The translations under genes were made by a program, and so were the position numbers. Below, piece after piece: positions 1 to 10,508 of a stretch of 36,636 bases of DNA. Source of the DNA: a virus. Its lineage: Duplodnaviria; Heunggongvirae; Uroviricota; Caudoviricetes. The DNA lies in IMG/VR virus record IMGVR_UViG_2778261643_000013. The stretch is one strand, 5' to 3'. The notes beneath the pieces were generated by a model, which saw only the letters and a list, made by a program, of their open reading frames with translations, searched no databases and was not told the origin of the DNA. Within the stretch, counting starts at the first letter, position 1. Each line of letters begins with the position of its first letter.

Positions 1-600
1 TCAGAATTTATAACCGACACCAACGATGAAACTGTTGGTACGCCAGTCACCACTGCCGGAGCCTTCATAAGCAATATCAATGGCCACGGATTCGGTCGGG
101 TTAAACTGCACGCCAGCCCCCCACGCCAGAGACGTGTTGCTGTGGCGACCGTCATCACTTCCGGTCAGCACATCGTGCTTTTTCCCCTTGTTGTCAGTTA
201 CGCGAAGATAATCCCCGGAGAAAGTCGACACACGGCTGTAAGCTACACCCGCCATCGCATACGCACTGAACCATTCATTCACGCGCACAGAGGGCCCCGC
301 CATCACGCTGAACCAGCGGTTACGCACGGAATCCTCATGCCTGCGGGTATCGCTGTAGTGCGTTTTTTGCTCATCCTCAGCATTGGCATAACTGAAGGAC
401 GTAATCAGCCCCAGCGCGTCCGTAAACTCATAACGGTATTTCACGTTAATCCCGTTCAGATCATCGCTGCCGGGAGCGTTCGTACGGGCATGAAGATACC
501 CTGCGCTCAGTGTGGCCTGCTGCTCAGACGCCCATGCAGGCGCACCGGATACGGCCAGACAGATGGCTGCGGACAAAATGGCTGCACAAACTTTACGCAT
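1..600 (-). CDS. lom: Lom/Ail/PagC-family outer-membrane beta-barrel protein
   Basis: 199 aa with signal peptide, alternating beta-strand pattern and C-terminal ...GYKF; sits directly downstream of J as in lambda. Confidence 0.85.
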   Translation of the reverse strand: MRKVCAAILSAAICLAVSGAPAWASEQQATLSAGYLHARTNAPGSDDLNGINVKYRYEFTDALGLITSFSYANAEDEQKTHYSDTRRHEDSVRNRWFSVMAGPSVRVNEWFSAYAMAGVAYSRVSTFSGDYLRVTDNKGKKHDVLTGSDDGRHSNTSLAWGAGVQFNPTESVAIDIAYEGSGSGDWRTNSFIVGVGYKF

Positions 601-624
601 AATTACCTCTCGCTTTTCTGCAAT

Positions 625-648
625 AAAAAAGGCGCCATTTCTGGCGCC
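625..648 (-). terminator. Intrinsic terminator after J (GGCGCC-AGAAAT-GGCGCC then T-run)
   Basis: 6-bp GC stem at 631-636/643-648, followed on the minus strand by TTTTTTATT. Confidence 0.6.
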
Positions 649-667
649 CGTATATGGGTTATAAAAT

Positions 668-3600
668 TCAGCTGATACTGATGCCTGCGGTGGCTTTCTT
701 CATCACCACAACCAGCAAATCGCTGATACTTGCTGTGGGATACCAGTCATTTACCAGCCATGATGACACCGAAAACTCCAGCGTCATGTGGCCGCGACCA
801 GCTGGCATATCAATAACGCCACTGTAAATCAGCGTATTATCCAGCGCGGTACGGTTATAAATTTCAGCACCGTTTTTCCGTACTATCAGGCGGCATGACG
901 AATAAATATCGTTATTCTCCCGCTCATGTTTAGCGCCGCTGAATGCCACCGCCGGAATAACAATCTGCCGGTCAAACGGCTGATCGTCATAAACCCTGAC
1001 GGTGATGGTCCCTGATGGCCACCGTTCCGGTGCACGGGAGTCCCGGGGGAAAGCTTTGCCCACTGTTTTAACGAGATCGCCTTCAATCTGGTTGGCGGAC
1101 AGTTTTCCCAGAACCCGACAGTTCTCGTTAATCGTGACGTTGTTGAGCGTCCCGGAGTTCGCATTCACGTTACCGCTGATATCGGCATTTTTCGCCGTCA
1201 GCCGCCCGTCCGGTGTCAGGGAAAATGCCGGTGGATTTCCACCGCTGGTAATGGTGGGGGCCGTCAGGCGTTTCAGGAACACGTCGTTCATGAATATCTG
1301 ATCGCCCTGACCAACAAACATCGGTTTTGTGTTGCCATTCGCAGGATTAATCATCGCAATCCTGTCCGCCGCCAGCAGCACCTGACTCTGCATGCCGTCA
1401 GGGGTGTTCTCAATACCGGCACCAATACCCGCGATATAAAGGCGTCCGTCCTGCATCTGCTGCAGCTTCACAGCCCACATGCTGTTCAGGTTATTATTTG
1501 TATCAACCTGAACCTTCTGTATCTGCTGAATTGCCGCACTCTGGTCTTCCAGTTTCTTATTGACGGTCTGCGTGATTTCATTGCTGACATCCTTAATGGA
1601 CGTCCTGATTTCAGCCAGGTCAGGCGCAAGCTGACCGTTATCAATCTGCGTCCACAGCTCCTGAGCCAGATGGGTTTTCCCTATCTCGCCTTTGAAAAAA
1701 TCCAGATAGCCGGATGCATCATCACTCGGCTGACCAACAGCCTCCACGAATGCCGATTTGCCAACGGTGTTCACACTGCGAACGTAAAAATAATAATTAT
1801 GGCCCGGTTTGATATTGATACTGGCGGCTATCCAGTACAGCCCCGTGCCAAGGTAGCGCGCTGTGGTTTCAACCTGCCTGATATCGGTAATCCGCTTTTC
1901 CGAAAACCAGAACTCAAACTGTACCGTCGGGTCATAAACGGCAAGATGCGGCGTGGCGGTTATCTGAAAATACCCCGGCGTCAGCTCAATCCGCGACGGT
2001 GCTACCGGTGCGGCAATCCGGAACGATACCGACGCCGGATCGCCCTGCTGTCCCCACGCATTTACCGCCCGGACTGTCAGCGTGTACCGCCCCAGCGCCA
2101 GTTGCGTGAAGCGGTATGTGGTTTCCGTCGTCCGGGCCGTGCTGACCAGCCGCTCACGGCCGTCATCCGCTGCCACGGTCAGGCGAAGCAGGAAGCTCAC
2201 GCCCTTCACCACCTTCGGCGTGTCCCAGCGGGCCAGCACCTGGTATTCCCCGCTGTCTGCGGTGACTTCTGCGGTCAGGTGCTGCACCGCTGGCGGCGTG
2301 ACACCATTTACCGTGCCGCTCTGGTCGCCGTCAAAGTGCGCCCCGTTATCCACGATGGCCTCTTTTTCCGGTACATGCTGCACGGCGGTGATGGCATACG
2401 TGCCGTCGTCGTTCTCACGGATACTCACGCAGCGGAACAGGCGCTGGCGCAACGTCGGCAGCTTCAGCCCCCATACGCTGTATTCAGCAACGCCGTCAGG
2501 AACACGGCTCACTTTCACCTTCACGCCGTCGGTGACGGACTGAACCTCCACGCTGACCGGACTCCCCTGCCCGTCAACCAGGCTTATCAGCGTGGTGCCG
2601 GAAGATGGCAGCGTGATTTCACGGTCGAGCGTCAGCGTCCGGGTCTGGCTGTTCACAGCCAGCACGCGCCCGCCGATGCTGATACCGGCATAGTCATCAT
2701 CGCAGATTTCAATAACATCACCCGGCACATGGCGAAGCCCTTCGGCACCCACGCTGAAATCCACGGTCTGCGTCTCCAGCAGCTCCGTTTTAATCAGCCA
2801 CAGCCCGGCGCGGTGCGCCTGCCCCCGGCTGGTACAGCCAAAGGCATCCATCTTCGTGACGTTACGACCGTAACGGGCAATGGCCTGCGTATCTTCAACA
2901 AGCTCTGTCGCCGTCTCCCAGCCGTTGTTCGGGTCAATCCAGTTCACCTCAACGGCATTATGGCGGTCCTTCAGGGCGCTGAAGCTGTAGCGGAACGGCG
3001 CGCCATCATCCGGCATCACCACATTACTGCGGTTATAGGCCCACACCTTATCTGATGGTCGGTCCTGCACGAACGTCAGCGTCTGCCCGTTCCATACCGG
3101 CATACAGCGCATCGCCGAGCAGAAATCACTGAGCACATTCCACGCCTTGCGCTGTGTGGTCAGGTACGCATTACAGGTGATGCGCGGCTCCGTGCCGCCA
3201 AAGCCGTCCGGCACTGACTGGTCGCAGTACTGGCCGATGACATACAGCGCCCATTTATCCACATCCGCCGCACCAAGACGTTTCCCCATGCCGTAGCGCG
3301 GATGGGTCAGCATATCCCACAGACACCAGGCCATGTTGTTGCTGTATGCCGGTTTAAACGTTCCGTCCCAGATACCGCTGTATTGCCGCGTCTGCGGGTT
3401 ATAATTCGACGGCACCTGCAGAATACGCCCGCGCAGATGATAATTACGGCTCACCTGCTGGCTGCCGAACTGCTCCGAATCCACCTGCACGCCGACCAGT
3501 GCCGTGTTCGGGTAGCACTGTTTCACATCGATGATTTCGGTGTATGACGACCAGAGCGTTTTGTTCTGCAGCTGGTCTGTGGTGCTGTCCGGCGTCATCC

Positions 3601-4147
3601 TGCGCATCCGTATATTGAACGGGCGCGGCGGCAGGTTACCCACCACCACCGAGGCCAGATACTGCGAGGTGGTTTTGCCCTTAATGGTGATGTCTTTTTC
3701 CGTCACCCAGCCACCATTACGCTGGATCTGAACCAGCAGGCGGACTTCCGACGGATTCCGGTCCCCCTTTGAGGTGGTTTCCACCAGTGCCTGCACGCCG
3801 AAGGTAAAGCGCAGACGGTCGATGTTTGCAGACGTAATGGTGCGGGTGATCGGCGTGTCATATTTCACTTCCGTACCCAGCACCGTCTCGGAGCCGGAGG
3901 ATTCAAACCCCTCCGGCGGTGTCTGCTCCTGCTCACCGGCACGGAACACCACCGTGACACCGGAGATGTTGGTATTCCCCTCACTGTCCAGCACCGGCGT
4001 ACTGTTCAGCAGCACGCTTTTTAATCCATCCACCGGACCTTCAACCGGCCCTTCGCTGATGGCATCGATCACACTCAGCAACTGCGTGGACTTCAGGTTG
4101 TCCTTCGCTTCGCGCGGGGTATGCCCCTTACTGCTGCCTTTACCCAT
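668..4147 (-). CDS. J: Host-specificity / central tail fibre protein J
   Basis: 1159 aa; last tail gene before lom; ATG at 4147. Confidence 0.9.
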   Translation of the reverse strand: MGKGSSKGHTPREAKDNLKSTQLLSVIDAISEGPVEGPVDGLKSVLLNSTPVLDSEGNTNISGVTVVFRAGEQEQTPPEGFESSGSETVLGTEVKYDTPITRTITSANIDRLRFTFGVQALVETTSKGDRNPSEVRLLVQIQRNGGWVTEKDITIKGKTTSQYLASVVVGNLPPRPFNIRMRRMTPDSTTDQLQNKTLWSSYTEIIDVKQCYPNTALVGVQVDSEQFGSQQVSRNYHLRGRILQVPSNYNPQTRQYSGIWDGTFKPAYSNNMAWCLWDMLTHPRYGMGKRLGAADVDKWALYVIGQYCDQSVPDGFGGTEPRITCNAYLTTQRKAWNVLSDFCSAMRCMPVWNGQTLTFVQDRPSDKVWAYNRSNVVMPDDGAPFRYSFSALKDRHNAVEVNWIDPNNGWETATELVEDTQAIARYGRNVTKMDAFGCTSRGQAHRAGLWLIKTELLETQTVDFSVGAEGLRHVPGDVIEICDDDYAGISIGGRVLAVNSQTRTLTLDREITLPSSGTTLISLVDGQGSPVSVEVQSVTDGVKVKVSRVPDGVAEYSVWGLKLPTLRQRLFRCVSIRENDDGTYAITAVQHVPEKEAIVDNGAHFDGDQSGTVNGVTPPAVQHLTAEVTADSGEYQVLARWDTPKVVKGVSFLLRLTVAADDGRERLVSTARTTETTYRFTQLALGRYTLTVRAVNAWGQQGDPASVSFRIAAPVAPSRIELTPGYFQITATPHLAVYDPTVQFEFWFSEKRITDIRQVETTARYLGTGLYWIAASINIKPGHNYYFYVRSVNTVGKSAFVEAVGQPSDDASGYLDFFKGEIGKTHLAQELWTQIDNGQLAPDLAEIRTSIKDVSNEITQTVNKKLEDQSAAIQQIQKVQVDTNNNLNSMWAVKLQQMQDGRLYIAGIGAGIENTPDGMQSQVLLAADRIAMINPANGNTKPMFVGQGDQIFMNDVFLKRLTAPTITSGGNPPAFSLTPDGRLTAKNADISGNVNANSGTLNNVTINENCRVLGKLSANQIEGDLVKTVGKAFPRDSRAPERWPSGTITVRVYDDQPFDRQIVIPAVAFSGAKHERENNDIYSSCRLIVRKNGAEIYNRTALDNTLIYSGVIDMPAGRGHMTLEFSVSSWLVNDWYPTASISDLLVVVMKKATAGISIS

Positions 4148-4170
4148 TCGTCATGCTCCATAAACGACAA

Positions 4171-4188
4171 AACCGCCCGGAGGCGGTT
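4171..4188 (-). terminator. Terminator-like hairpin between I and J (AACCGCC-TCCG-GGCGGTT)
   Basis: 7-bp stem with tetraloop and a short U-rich tail on the minus strand. Confidence 0.4.
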
Positions 4189-4207
4189 TCACATAAAACG
4201 TTTTTCA

Positions 4208-4855
4208 TCAGCGACCAATCACCACAACCTGACCACCATCACCTTCATCTGCCGTGCTGATCTCCTGAGATACCACCCGCGACCCCACACGCATTTCACC
4301 GTACAGAACGGGCAGGACATTGCCCTGGGCAACCATATTATCCAGTGAGGAGAAATAGGTGTTCTGTTTGCCGTTATCTGTACTGGCTGCCGTGGGCGTC
4401 CTGGCTTTCGGTGCCAGCATCTGCGCCACACCACCCAGGATCATACTGGCCCCTGCTGCATACATACCCGATACAGCCGCGGCCCCCAGCCAGCCCACAG
4501 GGTTCCACCATGCCACCGCAATCAGCGCCGCCCCCAGCACCACCTGAAACACACCGCCACTTTTAGCTCCCGCCAGACGCGGCACGATGTGGATCACGGC
4601 ACCATTTGCCAGCGGCTCATTAAGACGGGCAGACAATTCGGTTTCACCTGCATCACGCCCGGCAATGCGTACTTGGTACCAGCCGTCGCTCAGTTTCTGA
4701 CGAAACGCCGGGATCTGCATGGCCAGCGCCCGGATGGCTTCGGACCCCGTTTTCACTCGAAGGTCGATGCGGCGGCCAAATCGTTGCAAATCCCCGTAAA
4801 GGCAGATGCGTGCCATGCCCGGTGACGCCAGAGGGAGTGTGTGCGTCGCTGCCAT
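4208..4855 (-). CDS. I: Tail tip assembly protein I
   Basis: 215 aa; starts MAATHTLPLASPGMARICLYGD..., ends ...GDGGQVVVIGR as I recall for lambda gpI. Confidence 0.85.
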   Translation of the reverse strand: MAATHTLPLASPGMARICLYGDLQRFGRRIDLRVKTGSEAIRALAMQIPAFRQKLSDGWYQVRIAGRDAGETELSARLNEPLANGAVIHIVPRLAGAKSGGVFQVVLGAALIAVAWWNPVGWLGAAAVSGMYAAGASMILGGVAQMLAPKARTPTAASTDNGKQNTYFSSLDNMVAQGNVLPVLYGEMRVGSRVVSQEISTADEGDGGQVVVIGR

Positions 4856-5496
4856 TTGTCGGTGTACCTCTCTCGTTTGCTCAGTTGTTCAGGAATATGG
4901 TGCAGCAGCTCGCTGTCACCACAGTAAATGGCGGCATGATTCGGCACCGATGAACCAAAACAGCACAGCAGCACATCGCCCGGCTGCGCCGCTGACAACG
5001 GCACCTGATACAGCCCTGTGGCCTCCAGATTATCCAGATAGAGATTCTGACCGTTACGCCACCAGTCATCCCCGCGATGAAAATCCGGCATCTCAATCCC
5101 CGCCAGATGGTAAGCATCCCGGAACAGCGTGTAACAGTCCGTCACTCCGTGCTCAAAGCGCCGCCCGGTGAGATGCGGCACACAGCGGAATTTATGAATC
5201 TCACCCCGGCAGACCAGCCACCACGGCAAATTACTCTGCACCTGCAGCCGCCGATCGGCCTCACTCAGCCAGGGCAGACCACCGGGGTGGCTGTGGACCA
5301 GTGCCACAATCTCACCCTGCATCTCTGCCTGCAGCCAGTCCTCCGGAGCCATCCGGAAATAATCCTCCGGCTCACCGGAAATATTCACGCAGGGAAAATA
5401 GCTTTCCCCTTCCGGCGTGCTTACCACGAAGCCGCACGACTCCGCTGGCGCACATCGCCGGGCGTGCGCCAGAATCGCTGATTCTGTCTCTGTCAT
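4753..5496 (-). CDS. K: Tail tip assembly protein K (JAB/MPN plus NlpC/P60-like)
   Basis: 247 aa with HSHPGG JAMM-like motif and Cys/His NlpC-like motif; ATG at 5496; 3' end overlaps I by 103 nt. Confidence 0.8.
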   Translation of the reverse strand: MTETESAILAHARRCAPAESCGFVVSTPEGESYFPCVNISGEPEDYFRMAPEDWLQAEMQGEIVALVHSHPGGLPWLSEADRRLQVQSNLPWWLVCRGEIHKFRCVPHLTGRRFEHGVTDCYTLFRDAYHLAGIEMPDFHRGDDWWRNGQNLYLDNLEATGLYQVPLSAAQPGDVLLCCFGSSVPNHAAIYCGDSELLHHIPEQLSKRERYTDKWQRRTHSLWRHRAWHASAFTGICNDLAAASTFE

Positions 5497-5501
5497 GGGA
5501 T

Positions 5502-6200
5502 TTACTGCGAAAGTTTGTTAATGGAAAGGAAGCCGCCAAAGTTGCCGACGTTATTGCGAAACTTACAGCCGCTCAGGCATTTGCTGCATTTATCCTTCGT
5601 GATATCGGACGTCGGCTGGTCATATTCATCCGCAACCGCCGGACCGTGATAACCGCACTCATCACCGCGATAGGTCCAGGTGCAGGTGTTGGCCAGCATG
5701 GTACGTCCCGGAAAAACAGCACCATCCGTTTCCGTCGGCGTGGACAGTACAAAAGAGGCACTCACCGCGCTCAGTTCGCTGCACTGCTCGATGCGCCAGC
5801 GGCTGATCACCTCCTGCTCTGGATCGGCTTCGCTGTTTCCGTTGACGAAGTTCACCACATCCAGAAAACGGGCGTAAACCTTACGCCTGACCACCGTTCC
5901 GCCGACCAGACTCTGCAGGTCTTCCGCCATCCCGGTGACCATGCCGTGCAGATTAGAGACTTTCAGCGTTGGCCTTGCACTGGCTCCTTTGCCGTTCATC
6001 TCAAATCCACTTCCCTGAATGGGATAGGCCTGATACTGCCGCCCCTGCCAGGTGACTGGTTCACCTTTTTCGTTCTGCTCATTACAGAAGAAATAACGAT
6101 CTCCGCCGACCTCTGTCAGATCAATTTCCCAGAGCACGACCAGCGCGGATTGCTCCGTTTTAGTGCACTCATTGAGTGTTTCCTGCTGTATATCCTGCAT
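5502..6200 (-). CDS. L: Minor tail protein L
   Basis: 232 aa; MQDIQQETLNEC...SINKLSQ, near-identical to lambda gpL from memory. Confidence 0.9.
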   Translation of the reverse strand: MQDIQQETLNECTKTEQSALVVLWEIDLTEVGGDRYFFCNEQNEKGEPVTWQGRQYQAYPIQGSGFEMNGKGASARPTLKVSNLHGMVTGMAEDLQSLVGGTVVRRKVYARFLDVVNFVNGNSEADPEQEVISRWRIEQCSELSAVSASFVLSTPTETDGAVFPGRTMLANTCTWTYRGDECGYHGPAVADEYDQPTSDITKDKCSKCLSGCKFRNNVGNFGGFLSINKLSQ

Positions 6201-6541
6201 CAGTGAGTGACCTCTTCAAAGGTACAGTTAAAATCGGTATACATGGCATTATCCGAAATGCTCCACTCCCTGCAGACAACCCGGACAGTCCTGTTGTGTT
6301 TTGGCGGACGCCACAAAAAAGCACGAACCCCGGCATGACGGGATAAAAAACTGTCCAGCGCGGCACGGGAATATTCATCCGTGACACGAAATACCGGTTT
6401 AAATGTTTTCAGATCTGCATTCAGACCACCAGCCCGTCGCTGTTCATATCCGTCACCGAACTTTACCGTAATAACAGATGGCTTTCGTGTCGTCTCCATC
6501 CCCTCGCGGGGGATCCAGTTAAAAAATTCAGACTCAGGCAC
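6200..6541 (-). CDS. M: Minor tail protein M
   Basis: VRFGDGY-type motif (KFGDGYEQRRAGGLNA); GTG at 6541 preceded by GGAGG with 8-nt spacer; alternative ATG at 6499. Confidence 0.75.
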   Translation of the reverse strand: MPESEFFNWIPREGMETTRKPSVITVKFGDGYEQRRAGGLNADLKTFKPVFRVTDEYSRAALDSFLSRHAGVRAFLWRPPKHNRTVRVVCREWSISDNAMYTDFNCTFEEVTH

Positions 6542-9500
6542 TGCATAATCCTCCGTCCCGACGTGATGACTGCATAATTGACACAACCCTGCTGTCGATC
6601 AGATCCACCAGTCCCCTGGCTGACTGCGTATCTATCTCGCCATTGCTCCCTTTATTCTGAATACTGATGTGATATACGGGAGAATAAACAAATCCACCGC
6701 CACCATTCACATTACCAATGGCTCTGACTCCAAGAGAGCCGTCCGCTGCCCGAGTCAGTGGCATGATAGCTTCAGGCCCGGCCTCGCCCATCAGCCCGGC
6801 ACCTTTCGCAAAAGCAAAATACGTCGGGGTATCCACAATGGTGTTACTGTAAGCACTCAGATTTGCCGATGTATAAACACCACCTTTTGCGTTTGCCACT
6901 GCACCGGAAAGCCAGTCGCCGACTGTACCAAGCCATCCTCCGGCACCGGACATGCTTTTGGAAAGTGACTTCAGCCCGTTAACGATGGCAGCGTTCATCA
7001 GAATTTTTGAAACTTCCTGGAGAATTGAACTCCCCCAGTTTCTCCAGTCCACAACATTTCCGGCCAGTGCATCGGAAATATTTGATACCAGCCCGTCCAT
7101 AGTGGAAACGACAGCATCTGCCGCCTGCGAAGCATAATCGGTGGCACTGTCTGCCCAGTTCGTCAGTCCCTCCTGGAGTCCGGCATTCCAGTTACTGCGT
7201 AAAGCATCAGCCTTTGCATAATAATCCTGCTGATCGCTGAGACGCTCTTCCAGATATTTTTCATTCAGAGATTTTTCCTGTTTCCACAGGGCTTCTTCAA
7301 TTTCTCCGGCCTGATTCTGTCTCAGTAGCTCGTTATTTTTCTGCTCAAACTCCTGCCGGATGCTCCACATTTCCTGAAGTCGTTCACGCATCCGTGAGCC
7401 TTCACCATATCCCAGTAACTGAGCCTCATTTGATGCTCTGACACTGGCATTACTGTCCGCCAGACTGCTCTCATACGCAGCAAGCTGCTCACGAATCTTT
7501 TTCTGGTCGATGAGTGCTGCATTCTGCAAAAGCGTTTTTTTCTGCGCTTCTGACAGGGTTGATAATTCGCCCTGGCTGACCTGATATTTCATCTTAGCCA
7601 GTTCAGTATTCTGCCCTGCCAGTGCTATTTGCTCTTTTTGCTGTTTAATCAGTCGCTTATAAGTATCTTCTATTTTTTCCGCTTCGGTCTTTTTATGCGC
7701 TTTGGGTTTATTTGCCTGGTTATTTCGCCATGCATCCAGTGAGTTATTTATATAATTCAGTCTTGCTGTCTGATACGCCTCTCCCACAAAGCCGAGATCA
7801 TCCGCAGCATAACCCAGGCGGGCACGCTCACGGGCTTCCCCCTTCAGGCGGGACAGAGCCAGTTCGCGCTCGCTGTTATTCAGTGCGGTCTGCTGTTTAT
7901 CATCCAGGGTTGCCTGTGGTAGCCGTAACGGTACATTCACCAGCCCCTGTCGCTGCTGAAGTAATTCATTACCGAGCCCGAGAAGGCGATTAAACTCGGT
8001 ATGCTGCCCATTCATGATCAACAGGGACTGATACGCTTTGTTTTGTTCCGCTGCCTGTTGACGGATCAACGCCACCCGTCGCTCCTCCAGCCCGGCAAGC
8101 ACATCCTGAATGGATTGCGCTTTGCCCTGCATTTGAGTGAGGCGAGACTGTTCAACTGCCAGTTGATTTGTTGCTTCTGCAAGCCCTTCTGTGACAGTTT
8201 TTACCGACGTCATGTGGTTAATCATAAAACCGTTATCGGTTGTCCAACCCGGATTTGCCAGCACATACTGATAGCCAGCAATTTTTTCCTGTAAGGATTT
8301 AATCTTACTTTTCTGCTCGTCAATTAACCTGTTTTGCTCCTTCAGTGCCTGTCGCGTCTTTTCCTCATTATCTGACGCTTCAGGAAGCGACATTGCCGAC
8401 GTTTTCTGGCGAATTTCGTCGATTGTTGCGGCATACTGGCGTGCAGATTCTCTGGCCTGCTCCTGATTCTGATACATCGTGTACCAGGCCGCAGCCCCCA
8501 GCATGACGAGTCCCGGCACACCACCAACCAGCCCCAGCGCGCCACTTAATAAACGACTCCCCACTGACGTAACATTATTCAGCGTTGTCTGTGCCGCTGT
8601 TCTGGCCGCAATATTACGGGTAAGTGACGCCTGGGCAGCTGTCAGCTTCGCTTCTGCTGCGGCCTGCCTTTCGGTACCGCGAGCAGCAACAACCGCCTGT
8701 TGCGCACGATAAACCGCCGCACGCGCCCTGGCGGTTGCTATCTGTGTCCCCCGAAGTTGCACTTCAGCAAGAGCCACTTCGTTTCTGGCTGCAGTAATTA
8801 ATCCGGCAGTTGCAGATCCAGCAGACGACGCCATATTGCCAAAATATCGGGCTACCCCGACGGCAACCAGAGCACCGGCAGCGGTTGCCACGGTGTCAAT
8901 ATTGCCTGCAATACCATTCAGCACACCGGAGAGCGTCTTCGTCACTCCGCTTGCCTCGTTCGCACCACCAACCCAGGCCATAAAGGCGTTTTCAACTTTG
9001 GTTGCAGAGGATGAAACCGTATCAGGCATTGCCGCATATTCATCACGTAATGCCCCAAGCTGACTAATCAGTGCAGGAACAACCTTATCGGCGGTCAACT
9101 TTCCGTTATCCGCCATGGCCTTCAGATCCTTACGGGCAACTCCCATTCCCGCAGCCAGAGCACGAATAACACGATCGCCGTTCTCATTCACCGAGTTAAA
9201 CTCTTCACCGCGCAGCACTCCCTGCGCCAGAGCCTGACTGAACTGCGTGATCACCGAACTGGCTTCTGCTGTACTGGCACCGGATAATTTCAGGCCCGTG
9301 GAGATCGCCTCGGTGACTTTCAGTACCTCCTCAGAACTGTAACCATACTCCCGCATGGAAGCTGCAGAGCGGGCAAAAAGGCTGGCGTTATCAGAAAAAG
9401 CCGTCCCCGTTCTCTGGCTGATCGCCATTAATTCACGCTGTGATGACTGAAAATCATCACTGGACTGTGAGGCCTGCTTCAGACGGGCATTTACTGAATT

Positions 9501-9779
9501 CCACTCATCGGCGAGAGAAATAAGATGACCGGTAGCAAAAGCCCCGGCAAATGCCCCCGCCATATTCAGTGCCGAAGATTTAGCTGTATTTATCTGATCC
9601 GTCACTTCTGCCAGTGCACGCCGCATTTCACGGGATGCAGCAGCGGACTGTCGGCCTCCGTTCTGCATGGTACGGTAGTAATCCTGCCCCATACGCGAAG
9701 CCCGGGAGATCTCTGACTGGAATGACCGGGAATTTGCCGAGATTTTAATAATCAGTTCACGTAATGTCGCCACACTCAT
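6534..9779 (-). CDS. H: Tail tape measure protein
   Basis: 1081 aa, coiled-coil-rich with Gly/Ala-rich hydrophobic segments; follows G/T. Confidence 0.9.
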   Translation of the reverse strand: MSVATLRELIIKISANSRSFQSEISRASRMGQDYYRTMQNGGRQSAAASREMRRALAEVTDQINTAKSSALNMAGAFAGAFATGHLISLADEWNSVNARLKQASQSSDDFQSSQRELMAISQRTGTAFSDNASLFARSAASMREYGYSSEEVLKVTEAISTGLKLSGASTAEASSVITQFSQALAQGVLRGEEFNSVNENGDRVIRALAAGMGVARKDLKAMADNGKLTADKVVPALISQLGALRDEYAAMPDTVSSSATKVENAFMAWVGGANEASGVTKTLSGVLNGIAGNIDTVATAAGALVAVGVARYFGNMASSAGSATAGLITAARNEVALAEVQLRGTQIATARARAAVYRAQQAVVAARGTERQAAAEAKLTAAQASLTRNIAARTAAQTTLNNVTSVGSRLLSGALGLVGGVPGLVMLGAAAWYTMYQNQEQARESARQYAATIDEIRQKTSAMSLPEASDNEEKTRQALKEQNRLIDEQKSKIKSLQEKIAGYQYVLANPGWTTDNGFMINHMTSVKTVTEGLAEATNQLAVEQSRLTQMQGKAQSIQDVLAGLEERRVALIRQQAAEQNKAYQSLLIMNGQHTEFNRLLGLGNELLQQRQGLVNVPLRLPQATLDDKQQTALNNSERELALSRLKGEARERARLGYAADDLGFVGEAYQTARLNYINNSLDAWRNNQANKPKAHKKTEAEKIEDTYKRLIKQQKEQIALAGQNTELAKMKYQVSQGELSTLSEAQKKTLLQNAALIDQKKIREQLAAYESSLADSNASVRASNEAQLLGYGEGSRMRERLQEMWSIRQEFEQKNNELLRQNQAGEIEEALWKQEKSLNEKYLEERLSDQQDYYAKADALRSNWNAGLQEGLTNWADSATDYASQAADAVVSTMDGLVSNISDALAGNVVDWRNWGSSILQEVSKILMNAAIVNGLKSLSKSMSGAGGWLGTVGDWLSGAVANAKGGVYTSANLSAYSNTIVDTPTYFAFAKGAGLMGEAGPEAIMPLTRAADGSLGVRAIGNVNGGGGFVYSPVYHISIQNKGSNGEIDTQSARGLVDLIDSRVVSIMQSSRRDGGLCSA

Positions 9780-9788
9780 TCTCCGGAC

Positions 9789-9811
9789 GAAAAAAAACCG
9801 CCGAAGCGGTT
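9789..9811 (-). terminator. Terminator-like hairpin between T and H (AACCGC-TTCG-GCGGTT then T8)
   Basis: 6-bp stem with UUCG tetraloop and an 8-nt U-run on the minus strand. Confidence 0.5.
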
Positions 9812-9819
9812 ATGTTGAC

Positions 9820-10131
9820 TCACTGAGACACTATTAAAAGCGCGTTTTCCAGTCCAGCAAATGGATCTGATACGCCTTCTGTCTGCTCCTTCTCCCACTG
9901 AAGAAGCGCATCATTCAGTGGCACTTTGACCCCCTGCGCACCGTAAACAGCTGAAACAATCTGGGCAGCCCGGATATCAGCCCGTTCGTCCCCCAGCGGG
10001 CTGAATCTGTCAAATTCTGCCCACATCATGATTTCTGATGCGGACATTTCCCGGCGTAACTCTGACAATGTGCGCCCCATCCTGAGCGCCAGCATCATCA
10101 GAAAACGCATCCCCGGAAGCGCTACTTTTTT
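9820..10131 (-). CDS. T: T segment of the G-T tail assembly chaperone fusion (-1 frameshift product)
   Basis: 96-aa ORF one nucleotide out of register with G in the direction expected for a -1 shift; slippery heptamer at the end of G. Confidence 0.7.
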   Translation of the reverse strand, partial: KKVALPGMRFLMMLALRMGRTLSELRREMSASEIMMWAEFDRFSPLGDERADIRAAQIVSAVYGAQGVKVPLNDALLQWEKEQTEGVSDPFAGLENALLIVSQ

Positions 10132-10508
10132 TTAACCTCGCCGGCATCACTGATCAGTTCCAGAGACTGCCGAAGAAGCCGCGCATGCACCGGGCCATAC
10201 ACGGCAATCACCTGTTCACGATCATCCTCTGAAAATACAGGTTGCAGTCCGGTATCACACAGAACATCGATGAACAGTTCAACATCCGCTTCCAGATTTC
10301 GGCGGGCGCGCTCCGCAACGGATAACGGTGTCTCATCATCTTTTGCTTTAACGATCTCCTGCCAGCGCAACCAGGCTTCTGCAGAAGGTTCCCGTAATAC
10401 AACCGTTGCCCCTTCCCATTCAGGCACATCAACAGTTTTATGGCGAAACCCCGACATCGTTGCCAGTGCCAGATTACGGATATTTTTAGTCATCACATCT
10501 ATCCTCAT
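10122..10508 (-). CDS. G: Tail assembly chaperone G
   Basis: 128 aa between the major tail and tape measure genes; ends in the slippery site. Confidence 0.8.
   Translation of the reverse strand: MRIDVMTKNIRNLALATMSGFRHKTVDVPEWEGATVVLREPSAEAWLRWQEIVKAKDDETPLSVAERARRNLEADVELFIDVLCDTGLQPVFSEDDREQVIAVYGPVHARLLRQSLELISDAGEVKKK
10125..10131 (-). promoter_or_regulatory. Programmed -1 ribosomal frameshift slippery heptamer A-AAA-AAG
   Basis: G frame reads GAG GTT AAA AAA AAG TAG; slipping back one nt enters the T frame. Confidence 0.7.

Noticed and set aside
1670-3055. 461-aa plus-strand ORF
   Set aside because: Antisense to the conserved J gene, Arg/Pro-rich composition typical of an out-of-frame GC-rich read; no start context.
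5301-6206. 301-aa plus-strand ORF
   Set aside because: Antisense to the K and L tail genes; low-complexity composition.
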